Positions 1-13,521 of a stretch of DNA of 64,000 bases are shown in pieces (position 1 is the stretch's first letter; each line of letters starts with the position of its first letter). The stretch lies in contig NC_086098.1 in assembly GCF_963921235.1 (NCBI RefSeq), positions 86,986,001 through 87,050,000 on the forward strand, read 5' to 3'. Under the pieces are notes generated by a model. The model saw only the letters and a program-made list of their open reading frames with translations, did no database searches and had not been told where the DNA came from. A program made the position numbers and the translations under genes. The DNA is from Mobula hypostoma. Taxonomy: Eukaryota.

Positions 1-380
1 CATTGCTGTGGTATTAAAGAAGATCTGATTGAGGAGTTTCAGGTGCCAAAATGAAGGACTCATTGTCATAAACTCTGGAATATTTCCCGAGTCACAAACA
101 AATTAACACAGGGATAAGATGGCGATGAACATGTGTCTGAAGTTGAGTTGTGGGAAAAAGGAGATCCATTTCATGGAATATTGCCATTAGCACTAGGAGA
201 GGAAGAAGCTGATTTATATCCCTCACAAAAACCAGAAAAAAAAGTGTATTTACTCCAAAACTGGAAATGGATATGGGCAAAGCTTGTATTGTGAGCATGT
301 GTCTACTTTGAAAAGACCCATTTACCATGAATATCTCATGTGAGCTCAGCCAACATCTTCACATAGGTATCTAACAGGTA

Positions 381-1224
381 CAGGTGTGCGCCGCTTAACG
401 TCCCTCTGGACAACGTCCGATTGCATATACGTCCGTAGTCCCGATCAGAGAACGTGACGTAGCGGACGTAACCAATCTTGTGTATTGCACATCTCTTTGA
501 GTGTAGTAGCATTATCTCTCTGTTTAATTTTCTTTCAAAAATATTACCATAAAGTGCATCATGGCTTCCAAACGCAGTAAAACCACTCCTAGTGATAGCA
601 GCAGCAAGAGGCAAAGGAAAAGTATTGATTTGGAAGTAAAACAAAAGGTTATTAAACAAAATGAGGGTGGAAAACCAGTGAATGCTATTGCTCCAGATTT
701 AGGCATGTTGCACTCAACAATCACGATAACCCTGAAAACAAAGAAAAATTTCTGGAAGCTGTTAAAAGATCGGCTTCACTGAAAACTACAAGGGTCACGA
801 AAATGCGAGAGGGACCTACATCGGATATGGAGAAATTGCTAATAACATGGATTGAGGACCAAACACAAAGAGAATCCCTCTCAGCACGTTGACGATCACT
901 GCTAAGGCACGGAGCTTGCTCGAAATGCTTAAAGAAAAGGCAGGACCAGACTACTATATCGATAAATTCTGTGTAATATAGGCTAAGGAAGTGTTTACAT
1001 AAAAGTTTAAAAAATGAGAAAAATTAAAAAGTTTAAAACGAAATAAAAAATTATAATGTATGTATTATAGTGTACAGTATACAGTTTTAGTGCAAGTTCT
1101 TGGCTATTTAGTCATTGCAGGTACACTACAGTATTCCATATAGGTTTGCTAAGTATATAATATGGTGTTCGCACAACGTCCAATTTCATAGAACGTATCG
1201 TGGACGTTAAGCGACTCATACCTG
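381..1224 (+). mobile_element. Tigger3/Golem-like (pogo) DNA transposon, internally deleted, with N-terminal transposase remnant
   Basis: TIRs CAGGTGTGCGCCGCTTAACGTCC and (revcomp) CAGGTATGAGTCGCTTAACGTCC, TA on both sides. ORF 561-782 RKSIDLEVKQKVIKQNEGGKPVNAIA is HTH-psq-like; out-of-frame MEKLLITWIEDQ resembles a CENP-B HTH. No DDE domain. Confidence 0.85.
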
Positions 1225-1344
1225 TATATTAACATAGATCACTGTATTCCTTTCTCATTCTTTGAAAGGAACTCAATGAACAATATTTCTAATTAATGGA
1301 GCCCAAGTGTAGGATAAGAAAGAATCTATATTCGTTTGCCTTTG

Positions 1345-1590
1345 ATGTCATACAGAAACAGGCCTTTGGCCACTAGTCCATGGCAACCATCAACCGCCCA
1401 CTTACATAAATCCCAAATGGTTGTTCTGCCCACATTCTCATCAACTACCATCCAGATTCCACTATTCATCTACACATTAGGAGGCAATTGTTTAGCAACC
1501 TGCAAGTGTTTGGGACGTGAGGGAGACTACAACACACACATGTGCAAGCTACACACAGACACATTTAAGGGCAGGATTCAAGCACAGTAG
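1345..1590 (-). mobile_element. Degenerate HE1/V-SINE-like element with CR1-type tail
   Basis: CATACAGAAACAGGCCTTTGGCC tail and V-SINE-like body read on the minus strand; boundaries approximate. Confidence 0.45.
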
Positions 1591-2002
1591 CATCCCAAGT
1601 ATGTTAAACGACTACAATATGCAAATAGCTACCACATCAGCATTTTGTAGCACTGATGCCAAATGTACATTGATCAGCTGACAAAACAGTCAAAGCCACA
1701 ATGATATATACAAATGTACTTAGCCAAACAAAGGCAACATTCCTACAGGAGTCTGCTAGATTAAAGGCTAAAATGTTACTAAAAAAACAAATTTCAGGCA
1801 ATACATTAAATATTCCAACAAACAAAAGTCAAATTTTAACAAGTCCTCATCAGAGCAACTGCTTAAAATGACGTAGAAACTGGACACATACAAATGGATT
1901 AAGTTGCTGCAACAAAAACTAACAACCAAGCATGTGAACACGAGAGAGACATGAACAATGTCTTAGCACTTAGGGGTCACTCAATACTTCAGCGATGCAT
2001 AC

Positions 2003-2153
2003 CTGATGCCTTCATGCTTGCATTCACTGGTCTTGCAGCTGCAGCGACCATCTGCTCTCGCTTAGTATCCTGGTAACTCATCTTGCTGATGTGTTCAATA
2101 GCAGCCTCGATACTGCGACTGTTGGTCTTCTTGAGAGCTTTTACCACCATGTC
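2003..2153 (-). CDS. LATS1: LATS1 coding exon 2 (UBA region); gene continues beyond the left edge
   Basis: tttgtag|DMVVKALKKTNSRSIEAAIEHISKMSYQDTKREQMVAAAARPVNASMKAS-G|gtatgc; matches LATS1 DMVIQALQKTNNRSIEAAIEFISKMSYQDPRREQM as recalled; 151 nt, phase 0 to 1. Confidence 0.95.
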
Positions 2154-2704
2154 CTACAAATAACGAAATGCAGATATTACAGAACACACTTCATCTTAAG
2201 CAGCATCACACTTACAAAAAATAATAAAATTAAAATATTTCATATCAACTATTTTAATATTTAAAACATTTAATAGTTGGTTGTATGGATAAAATAAAAG
2301 AAATATGAGATCACAAAAATGATTAACATAATTCAGGCTTTCACACATTGCATAATTTCATTTTTCATTAATATACAAATGGAGTTTGCCTTTCCTATCC
2401 TTTTGTAGCATTACATACCTTAGATTTGTTCAACAAATAAAGGAACACAGTGGGAAAAAGAAACTTAAAATTTTTTACAAAGATGAAAATATGTTGTGGA
2501 TGGAAAACGGATAAAAGATAAAAATGAAGAGCATATTTGGGGTGTGATTCTGAATGGTGAGAGTGAAGCCATTTGGGAGTGAAATTAGGAAACATTCATT
2601 TTCATAGAAATGCTTTGTGAGCTCTACAGAAATATGCACTTCTTATTTGCATGTATGCTGACATCAAGCTAAATTTTCACTGTAATCCAAGTAAGTGAAA
2701 TTAA

Positions 2705-3583
2705 GGCTACGTCCACACTAGACCGCATAATTTTGAAAACGCCGGTTTCGCGTAAAAACAATAGGCATCCACACCAAGCATTTTTGAAAATACCTCCGTC
2801 CACATTAAAGCGGGTATTTGGACGAATCTCTTCCTACTGGACATGTGCAGGACACATCTACAGAAAACAAGCAACATGTTTGGTGTCGAATCTCGCTGTG
2901 AAAGTGCGCATTTGTGCAGTTACAGACTAGAAAAACTTAAAAGGAAATTGCCAAATGAGGGACAGCTGTTGGCTCTCACGCAGGAGGACTTGAAACTAGA
3001 AGAAAACCAAATACTGGAGCGTATGGAGGCAACCGACGGGGAGTTCACGGACAGTATGACCCGGCTGACGACGAACACTGAAAAACTGACCAACTCTGTT
3101 GCATTAATAAAGCACCTTGTTAAATGTATAAAACATGTCTGCATCAGTGTTATCTTGTATTTCCATACAATGTTACATTAGGCTGTTACACATCTATTGT
3201 CAGAGAAGAGCTTGCATAAATAGGTAAACCACCTTCATACAAGCAAGGACAGAAAACGGGGCAAAGTGAGTATACTTATTTATTCAGTAAGGTATGGGTC
3301 AAAGTGTTTGGTGAGCACATTTATAACTCTTCTGGCTTCAGTCTCGTTGCCGTCTGTTCTGAAATTGTTAGGTTGTGTGAGGAGTTGCGTTCAGGAAAAC
3401 AATGAAATGCGGTGCTGCCGCCATCTGTTCCGGCACGTCATGACAACGTTTTTAGAAATCTCGGGTTACCCCGTCCACACTGCTCTGCACAATTGGCATT
3501 TTCAAATTTACACACTCTGGAGGGCGTTTTAGAAAAGCTCCGTTTTCAGGAGAGGAAAACACCGTTTCAGTGCGGACGTAGCC
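2705..3583. mobile_element. Non-autonomous PIF/Harbinger DNA transposon
   Basis: TIRs GGCTACGTCCACACT / AGTGCGGACGTAGCC; 3-bp TAA TSD at 2702-2704 and 3584-3586; internal coiled-coil-like ORF remnant 2843-3181. Confidence 0.85.
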
Positions 3584-5419
3584 TAAGATACAAGCTTACC
3601 ATGCTCCAGCTGAATGTATAAAAGGTTCTGAAGAGCTAAATGGTCTTCAGTTACTCAAAAGATATTGGATTAGCTGTACAATTTTTGAATTAACATTGTT
3701 GTCTAGCTCAAAGATCATTAAGCATATTTCTTAAATTGCACTATTAACTCTCCAGCAGAATCAACACATAGGGAGCTCAGATAGGAATTCAACTGTTTGC
3801 ATCTCAATTCAATAATAAACATGAATTAACAAACTTATGAGCACAGGATAGTTATCCTCTTAGATCTAGCAATACTGGTTATCTACCTAAACAGATTCCA
3901 AGCAACTTGAATTTCAAGATGCTTCCACTGGTCACTTACACAACAAATCCGGTGTATTAAAGAAACAATTTTAATTATGCTCCCTATTAGACTAACTCCT
4001 ATGACAAGATAATGTACAATCATCATGTGCCGTGTCATATGACATAGGCATTCATGGTACGGAAGTGGTTTGCCAATGCCTTCTTCTGGGTAGTGTATTT
4101 ACACAATGATGACCCCAGCCATTATTAATCCTCTTCAGAGATTGTCTGCCTGGCATCAGAGGTTGCATAACCAGGACTTGTGATATTTACCAGCTGCTCA
4201 TACGACCTACTCTCATGGCTTCATGTGATCCTGATCATGGAGGGAGGGGAGGAGGTAAGCAGGTGCACCTTTGGGGTAGAGATGGATCTCCACCCTGCCT
4301 CCCAATATAAAATTCATGCCCAAAATAGATATCCAAATCTCGTATTAATAGTATTCATCTTTGTGTACAAGATACCACAATCTAACAACATAACTAGGTA
4401 CATTTTCCACATTTTACATAAGGGGAGCTTGGTCACTACTGCTGAGAAGTCAAATGTTTTATCCCATTAAATAGATGAAATAAGTTATCTCCTCCCACTC
4501 CTTGTAACATCACAGAATCGAACATTACAGAATAAACTCTGCTTTATGGCAATTTCATTTGCAAAGTAGCAGAGGCTAAATAATCTTGCAAAACACTTTC
4601 TTGTAACCCACAATTATTTATATCTTGACTTACAGTACCTATCATTCGCCTAAGCCTTACAGTTACATTAATTTTTTTCAGTAAAGGATCAAGACAAGGG
4701 TGGACATCAGTCAGTTCTCTCAAACTGGCTTAATTACAGGAAATGAGCAATGCTGGGAAGGTCAACATTCAGTACTCATCCCATTAGAAAATGGTGATGG
4801 GAAATAGATATCCTGAATCTCCACAGTCCTTGCATTAAGGTATCAAGGACCTTGATGCCATGGAGAAGAACAGCGATGTATTTCCTGCCCAGCCAAGTCA
4901 AAGGGGACATAACAGAGTACAGATACTGGAGATGTCGCCCATCCCTCTGCCTTCACAGATACAACCTGACCAATGAGCTGCTCCAGGTGTTTGTTCCTGC
5001 TTCACTTTGCAGGTCAGCCAGACTTGAATGCTCACAGTCACATCGTTTTCCATTTAGCCACACCCCATCCCCAGCCCCAATGTTTGAAAACATAGTTAAG
5101 CACTAAATACATAAATGGTTCAATGACATTGCTTTATGCCAGAAGTTGCAATAATGAAATCATAATTGAACCTAAATCCTTACCAAGATTAAAATAGATA
5201 AAATAATCTACTCAATTTTATGCATACCAATTGAACAAGCTGCCAAATACAACAAAGACTAACCGATAATTGTAGATCCTGGTTAAACATGCATTCAGGA
5301 TGTTCCACTAGAACAAACAGATTGTACACTGCTGTACTCCAGACATTATTGAACAATGCTTTCATAGTGCCACAGGAAAATAACTGTACACCACTTATGG
5401 TCAAGCACAACACATGACA

Positions 5420-7090
5420 GAATTCACCATGTAATTTCAGAGGGTAAAGCTCAAGTCAACTGTATCAGTATTACAGTGGAGTAAAGAGAACTACAGAGGC
5501 ATGAGAGAGGAGCTGGCCAAAGTTGATTGGAAAAGGACACTAGTTGGGATGACAGTAGAACAGCAATGTCTGGAGTTTTTGGGGGCAATTTAGAAGATGC
5601 AGGATAGCTACATCCCAAAGAAGAAGTATCCTAAAGAGAGGATGACTGACAAGGGAAGTCAAAGCCAACATAAAATCAAAAGAGAGGGCACAAAATAGAG
5701 GAAATATTAGTGGGAAGTTAGAGGATTGGGAAACTTATAAAAACCAAAGACAACAAAATGAAATCAATGAAGAGTGAAAGATGAAATATGAAGGTAAGCT
5801 AGCTTATAATATCAAATAGGATACCAAAAGCTTTTTCAGATATATAAAAAGAAAAAGAGAGGTGAGGGCACATGGTAAAATAGGTCAAAGTCAGCATGGT
5901 TTCCTAAAGGAAAAATATTGCCTTATAAATCGGTTGGAATTCTTCGAGGAAATAACAAGCAGAATAGACAAAAGAAGAATCAGTGGATTTTCAGGAGGTG
6001 GTTGACAATTTGCCATACAGAAGGCTGCTTAGTAAGATAAGAGCCTATGGCATTACTGTACAGGAAAGATAGTACCAAGGATAGAGGCAGAGAATGGGAA
6101 TAAAGGGGGCTGTTTCTGATTGTCTGCCAGTAACTAGTCTTTCACAGGGGTCAGTATAGGAACTGTTTCTTTTTACGTTGTATGGTGATGGAATTGATGG
6201 CTTTGTGGTTCATTTTGCAGATGATATGAAGATAGGTGGAGGGGCAGATAGTGTTGAGGAAGCAGGGAGGGTGCAGCAGGACTTAGAGAGATTAGGAGAA
6301 CGGGCATGTGCAATAGTGTCGGGAATTGTATGGTCATGCACTTCGGTAGAAAGAACAAAAGCACAAACTATTTTCTAAATGGGGAGAAAACTTAAAAATC
6401 CAAGCTGCAAAGGGACTTGGGAGTCCTCCTGCAGGATTTCTCCATGCTTAACTTGCAGGTTGGGTTAATGGTGAGGAAGGGAAATGCACAGTTAGCATTC
6501 ATTTTGAGAGTTCCAGAATATAAAAACAACGACGTAATGCTGAGGCTTTACAAGGCGAGGACTCACTTGGAGTATTGTGAGCAGTTTTGCGCCTTATCTA
6601 ATAAAGGATGTGCAGACATTGGAGAGGGTTCAAAGGAAGTTCACAAAAATGGTATCGGGAATGAAAAGCTCATCATATGAGGAGCATTTGATGGCTCTGG
6701 GCCTGTACTAGCTGGAATTTAGAAGAATGGAGGGGGAGGGGAATCTCACTGAAACCTATCTAATGTTGATAGGATTCATGTGGTGAGGAGGTTTCCTATA
6801 GTGGAGGAGTCTAGGACCAGAGGGCACAACCTCAGAATAGAGGGATGTCCATTTAGAATGAAGGATAGGAGGAATTTCTTTAGCCAGAGAGTGGTGAATC
6901 TGTGGAATTTGTTGCCACAAGCAGCTGTGGAGGCCAGGTCATTGGGTGTATTTGAGGCAGTGGTTGATAAGATTCTTAATATGTCAGGGAGTGTAAAGTT
7001 AAGAGGAAAAGGCGGGAGAACGGGGTTGAGAGGGAAATGGGTCAGCCATGATCAAACGGCAAAGCAGACATGATGGGCTGAATGGCCTAA
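5420..7090 (+). mobile_element. CR1 LINE fragment (degenerate RT C-terminus and 3' end)
   Basis: Frameshifted FADDMKIGG, HLEYCEQF and RTRGHNLRIEGCPFR..RRNFFSQRVVNLWNLLP motifs. Confidence 0.85.
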
Positions 7091-7849
7091 TTATCTAATT
7101 GTCTAAGTTATTAATTTATCAACATAATCCTCAATAAAACCTCTTTGGAATGCTTGCTAGCACTTTGAATTCTAACAAGTTTTTGTTATGTTTATGGAGT
7201 GTTTCCAAACATGCACCCAATGATACTCCCTGGTGTAAATAACTATTTCACCAATAGGAGACAACAGCCTTTCACAGATTTCTGGATGCAGAACAAATTA
7301 ATTTGCCAAAGTATTATTGCACATTCTAATAAAAGCAAAAGAGAGTTGCAAAGTCTACATGTATTTTACTTTCCCAAGATTCAGATTTCACTAAACCACT
7401 CCTTAAATCACCAATGGAAACAAGACACATCACTGCAAGTCAATAGCATGGAAAGAAGTCATATGGCCAATTGAGTCAGTACCATCTGATTGTCCAGTGG
7501 TGCACTCCTTCAGAATTGTTTAATATCATTTCCAGTACTCATGTGTAAAGGAGAATGAAATAATTGCCCTTTGCTCTCTCCCCCCAGCACCGCCACTTCT
7601 CACTCAGATAATTATCAGCTCCCCTTTTAATACTACAATTCCTTCTCCCTGAGCATCTATGGAGTCAAATAGTTCTGTCCACCTGTCATATGGTTCTTAT
7701 GCCAGTCACTTATGTCCTCTGGTTTTTGATCTTCTTTCAGCAAAAACAACATCTGTCTACACCCTTTATGATTTTAAGCATCTTCACTTGTCTCTTTGAA
7801 ACCTACTCAGCTCTAAGAACAGCCACAGCTTCTCCAGTCTATACATAGT

Positions 7850-8150
7850 CACAGTCATACTTTATTGATCCCGGGGAGAATTGGTTTTCATTACAGTTGC
7901 ACTATAAATAATAAATAGTAATAAAACCATAAATAGTTAAATAGTAATATGTAAATTATGCCAGCAAATTATGAAATAAGTCCAGGACCAGCCTACTGGC
8001 TCAGGGTGTCTGACCCTCCAAAGGAGGAGTTGTAAAGTTTGATGGCCACAGGCAGGAATGACTTCCTATGACGCTCTGTGTTGCATCTCGGTGGAATGAG
8101 TCTCTGGCTGAATGTACTCCTGTGCCCACCCAGTACATTATGTAGTATAC
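7850..8150 (-). mobile_element. Rex1/Babar-type LINE 3' fragment
   Basis: Near-identical to 23740-24095, which encodes the Rex1-like C-terminus HRRKSFLPVAIKLYNSS. Confidence 0.7.
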
Positions 8151-8388
8151 ACATTATGCACTATACACGTAGGTAAAGGTCTTCATACCTGAAATTATTT
8201 TAACAAGTCTCTCTGTATATTCTCCAAATTCTTTCCAAAGTGTAGGCTCAAAACTGGACCCAGTATTCATGAAGGTTAAATCAGAAACAAAGCATTTTCA
8301 CTTTGACAAGAAGGGCGAAAGTTATTTCATATGACAGCACTGTGTTCTCTGTTTACTTTGTTTGATGTTCCCTCAAATTCCTCTAGAC

Positions 8389-8468
8389 CAGGGGTTTCCA
8401 ACCTTTTTTATGCCATGGACCCCTAGCATTAACGGAGGCGTCTGCGGACTCTAGGTTGGAAGCCCCAG
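8389..8468. mobile_element. 80-bp hAT/Charlie-type MITE
   Basis: TIRs CAGGGGTTTCCAACCT / AGGTTGGAAGCCCCAG; 8-bp TSD CTCTAGAC / TTATAGAC. Confidence 0.8.
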
Positions 8469-9266
8469 TTATAGACCACTAACATATGTCCAATTGATAG
8501 GAAAGGGATTCTGAAACAAACTTTCTTTAAATTTGATGCCAATATGAACAAACATACGTGGCACTAAACTGTTTCCAGTTACTTGCAGGAATATCATTGC
8601 AGGTTAATGTTGTTCACCCAATGCTAATGCTTCTTCAGATTACCAACATCTTGTGCTCTACGTTTGCCGATCATTAATATTAAATCGCATTTTACTACAA
8701 TGAAATCCTTTAAAAATTTTTGAATTTCTCTGCAGCTTAACTGCAAAATACTACTTAATGAAAGGCAAAGGGGCATCAGAAACTTAGTGATGAGTAAGAG
8801 CCTGCATCTTTGACAGAAGAAAGTAAATAAAGTCAAATCAAGTAAAGAAAATGGAAGACTGGATTTAGTGATAAAGTTAGTAATGAGAAAAGTAAAACAA
8901 AATGTCTACACTACATTAGCAAAATGTAGACATTTCAAATGTCTACACTAAATACAGAAAGTGTACTGAACTGTTTAAAACTGTCCAGAGAAGTTAATTG
9001 CAAATCCAGCCAATCCTTTACAACAGCGTCGCTAGGTCAAGATGATATCTTAAAAGCAACTGGTGAAAACACAGAAAATTAACAAGATTCGCAACTGATG
9101 GCATACAACTTAATCTTAATTTAATGGAGGCATTGCATATTAATAATGCATACATTATTACCATGCTGTTATTTTCCCTCAATTTGGCCTACAAAAAATT
9201 TATTATCTATAATTAGAATACAGTTTGCAAAGGTTGAACCACATATTCCATTTAAGTGCCTCTCAC

Positions 9267-9623
9267 CTCATCAAAACCTGCAGATACCAGGTCCTGTAAC
9301 ATCTGCTTGTTTACGTCAGCAGATCCACGACCTGATGAGCTGTACTCATTTGAAAATGGCAGCAAAGAATTTCGAATCTCCTGTAAGGCTTTTTGGTGAG
9401 TCACAAATTTGAGAGCATTCCGTCCTTGTTGTCTTGAATCTTCTGTGCTCAATTTCATCATACTTTGATCAGTGCTTCCAGCATCTCCCGATGGTTTAGG
9501 CAAATGTTTGAGACTTTCCCGGATTTCCTGCAACATCTGCCGGCTACTCCCAGAAAAGTTGCTGGCAGGGAATGTTTTTGGTCTCATTTGTCTATGTCCA
9601 TCAAGCTTATCCACCCTCTTCAT
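9267..9623 (-). CDS. LATS1: LATS1 first coding exon (exon extends as 5' UTR to 9775)
   Basis: MKRVDKLDGHRQMRPKTFPASNFSGSSRQMLQEIRESL...KALQEIRNSLLPF...QMLQDLVSAGFDE|gtgaga. The extension before MRPKTF indicates LATS1 rather than LATS2. Acceptor ttttctttag at 9776-9777. Confidence 0.95.
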
Positions 9624-11829
9624 GAAAGCGTCAAGTAAAACTAACCAGCCTTAGCTCATTTACATAAACCGAAATTTCAGCAGATCAGAGGGCCGATGTC
9701 TGTAGATGTCCGAGAACTTTAGTTCCAAGTAGTGTTCTGCTCATCTGTGTTTTGACAAAGTTCAATAATCTGGATCTAAAGAAAACACATGCATTAACTA
9801 ATGAGAACAAACCTCAATACAAGAGTCACCATATCATACACATTTGAGTTATAGAGTCAAGAATGGGAAATTTGGAAGTTCAAAGCTTATAACAATTCCT
9901 AGAAACCAGAGAATTCATTCTCCTTGTAAAGACTGTCCTCTCTGGAAGCAAGCCAATGGTAACACTACCTTAAATACTGAGGAGTGAGTGCAATTATTTC
10001 CACACACTTGTATTTTCTAGCAGCGATATTTATACCACAACCCAAACCAACAACACTGACCGATGCAACTCAAACTCTAAGGCCATATTAAGTCTGGTTA
10101 TCTCCAAGACGAATTCAATACTGACCTCTCACTACATTACTCCACTGCAAGGTTCAGTACCAAACTAGTGAACTAGTGAAATAAACCATGCTAAAAATTC
10201 ATTCACTATTTTCAGCAGTTCAACATAGTAATGCACTGGAAGGTAAGGTTAGATTAAAGGAATTGAAATGCCTTTCTGCAAACAGCGATTGATGTTAAAT
10301 TAATTGTTGATTGAAATTTGGAGATTAACATTTGTTAACTGATGGTGCCAAAGGGAATAAATGGAGTTAGGTCAAAGATCAGCCAAAAATGTTGGAACAA
10401 GCTTGAGGTTTTAAATAACCTATTTCTGTCCCTATTATAAGTATTTTCTGTTCTGATTTAGTTTTTTGGATCTTATATATTAATGAAATTTAAAAAATTT
10501 CATTTAGTATCTGTGATGATCCTGAAATGATCACACTATCATAAAATCTATCTGACTAATGACCCTCAATGAAACTTTTTTTTGACTTGAGACACAGTAA
10601 CGTGTTTGATTTGTATAAGCCTACCAAGACAGTCCAGAAAGTTACTTGGTTCAAGGGCAATTATGAACAGGCAATAAATGCCAGAGCATAAAAATTAAAA
10701 TTGTAGAATTCACATTAACAAAGCAGTTGCAGCATACGGTTACCTCCTCCACCAACAGAAAGTAGAAGTTTACGAACTTGCTTAGGGAAAGATAAACCTT
10801 AAATGAGGAAACAAAGTTATTACATCAGGTCCCCCAAAATGTAATAGTTCACACAAGCAACACCTTGAATACAATGGAAAGATACTTGCAAACACACTGA
10901 CATGAGTTTCCCCCATTGCTCGAGGCAAATTTCACATCCTTTTCACAGTCAGTCATTTATATTTTTCTCATTGAGGATCTTCATAATCTTGTCTAGTATT
11001 AGAACATAGTACAATATGGCCCACAATGTTGTGCCAACCTTTTAAATCTCCAAGATCAATACCCTTCCCTCCTGCATCACCCCCCATTTTTCTATCATCC
11101 ATGTGCTGAAGAGTTTCTTAAATGCCTCTAATGTATCTGCTTCTACCACACCTGACAGGGTTTACCCTGCACTGACCAGTGAGTAAAATATTTACCTCTG
11201 ACATCCCAACACTTTTTACTTTATATTTAAAAAAAAGTAAACAAGGCATTTGAGATTTCCACTTAAAACACGTAGTGAGGTGTGAATTGATGTCCAATTA
11301 CTAATCCTAATTGGTCATCAAAAGAAAGAAATCAAAGTTATAAACTACACAATATTAAATAGATAGAATGCAAAACAGAAAATATCTACTCACGAGATCT
11401 TTAGTGGCAAGATTAGGGAAACAAGATTCATAAGGTTTCAGGTAACATAACATTAGACGGTCAGATTAAATTTGTTTTTTTACCAAAGAATTTCAGTTAC
11501 ATGTTCAAAAGGGCAGCTAAGATTGTTCACACTTCTGAGAAACTGGAGGGATATGTAATGAGAGATGCGCGTAACTACAGGTTTTCATTGCGTTAGAGAA
11601 AAGGTTTCAGTGATACCAGTTTCCATAAAGAGAGAACACAAGCGGCAAAATGATCAATGGTAAAATGGAATTACAAAACTGTGACCTGCAATACAGTGGT
11701 TACGGAAGTAGATCTCAAGAGTAACCTACAAAAGGGAGCTGGATGGATATCCGAAAAGGAAGCGCTAGGTGCGTTACGCGAAAACAGAGGTGGAACTAAT
11801 CATAAAGTTTTCAGAGTCAGCACAAAGAC

Positions 11830-12420
11830 AACGGGCCGAGTGGCCTATCTGTACACTCATACCCTCATGACTCAAGTGCGCAGCAGCAGCCGCTGGACAG
11901 TTCAAACGGGCGAGCGCAGCCCTTTGCATGGTTCACTGACGAGCACTGCCAGTCCAATGCCCTAGCCAGTGACCCAACAGATTACAGCAGGTCCGCAGGC
12001 TCTACTTCCCGGGCCCAGTCCCCTCCTGCCCCGGATTCCTCACCCAGCCCCCTCGGCCATTTTGGCCTCTGTTCTTCTTGCCAACTCATCGCACTGCACA
12101 CCTCCTACACTGGGTCAGTGCGTCAGTGCACTACCCTAGACCGGATAAAGAGTGGCGGGCGGCAGCTACTCACGCCCCTCCTCTGCCTCCAGCACCAAGG
12201 CTCCCCTTCCACTTACTCTCATTCCAAGCCTCCCTACAATGGCCGCTTCGTGCCTCTCTGCGCGGACGCTCTTCTCGCGAGACCGCGGAGCAGGACGACG
12301 ATTCGACAGACTCCTCACGCGATGTCTGTATTGTTCCTGCTCTGGAGCCCCCATCAGGCCTGGAGGAGCTACTACCCGGGCTGATTCAAGTACGTTGCAG
12401 AAATCGTGCAGACGCTGGGA
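11830..12420 (-). promoter_or_regulatory. LATS1: LATS1 CpG-island promoter and probable non-coding exon 1 (candidate donor GG|GTGAGG at 12044/12043)
   Basis: Local CpG enrichment; perfect TCTCGCGAGA palindrome (BANP/ZBTB33-type motif) at 12273-12282; YY1-like GCCATTTT at 12056-12063. Confidence 0.7.
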
Positions 12421-12444
12421 ATATTGAGCAGCTCACACAAATCT

Positions 12445-12635
12445 GGGACACAGGAGATTCTGAAACTCTTGGACAACACACAGAAGATGCTGGAGGAACT
12501 CAGCGGATCTGGCAGCATCTATAGAGGGGAATGAATAGTCAACGTTTCGAGTCGAGATCCTTCCAGGGACACGTTTCATTTCTCTGCATATTTGTTGCCT
12601 ACGTCGCTGATGTTCCCTTAGCATTTTGTGTGTCG
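12445..12635. repeat. Fold-back (inverted) Penelope-tail derivative
   Basis: ACACACAGAAGATGCTGGAGGAACTCAGC...degenerate hammerhead motif...AGCATTTTGTGTGT inverted arms. Confidence 0.7.
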
Positions 12636-13521
12636 CCTGCTTCAGTTATTGTCACTGAAGTTGGTATACATTTAGAAATACGTATCTGGTTAAATGTGTG
12701 CTTGTACATCTGCATTCGGTAAGGTACTGAATGCTTCAAAGTTCAGAGTAAATTTAATACCAAAATACATACAGTATATGTCACTATATTCTAACTTGAG
12801 ATTTATTTTCTTGCAGGCATTAATGAGAGTGCCACCCCATCAGAGGTGTCCTCCAGCAGATAAGATCTTAAATCACGTCCACATTCATTCACTCAAGTTG
12901 GTACCTACAGAACTTAACAGTCGCAGCGAATTTACCCTCAATCTGACATTGCCAATTAACAACTTGTTATCATTTAACAGTTTCTGCACATCTAAGATTT
13001 TTTTTGTATTTAACTGATTTTTGAGACTCTTCATGACACATATTCCATCTACAAAAATGTCTATTAATAAAGCACCTTTATTAATTCACAAGCAAACCTG
13101 GAAAACAAGCACCGTTGCAGGTTAATTTAGCCATTTCTCGCTCTTAAGCAAAACTGCGACCATCAGGTCACACAGTAGCACCACCAGTGTGCAATTCGTA
13201 ATCCACTGTAATACAATATTACGACTCCCTGTGTCTATGTTGTTCCAGGCCAAATACACCCATTTTAAAATTTACACCCTTTTCTCTTTTGCCTATCTCT
13301 TACCTCCTCCAAACTACAAACCCACAAATCTCCTCCCTTGCATTATTGGTCCCTCTTCCTGCCATTGGCCCCACACATCAAACTCTGGAATTCCCTAAAC
13401 ATGAATACCCACTAAATGTACTAACTCTGATCACTTATACCACAGGCTTCTTTCAGTGTAGAAAATTACTCTCATTTGGAGGTCCACTGGAACTTTACAC
13501 CACATTAAATATGCCCTAATA

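Noticed and set aside
9267-9623. LATS2 assignment
   Set aside because: The extension upstream of MRPKTF and adjacency to NUP43 indicate LATS1.
12078-12524. 148-aa ORF antisense to LATS1
   Set aside because: GC-rich promoter sequence running into a repeat, with no recognisable homology.
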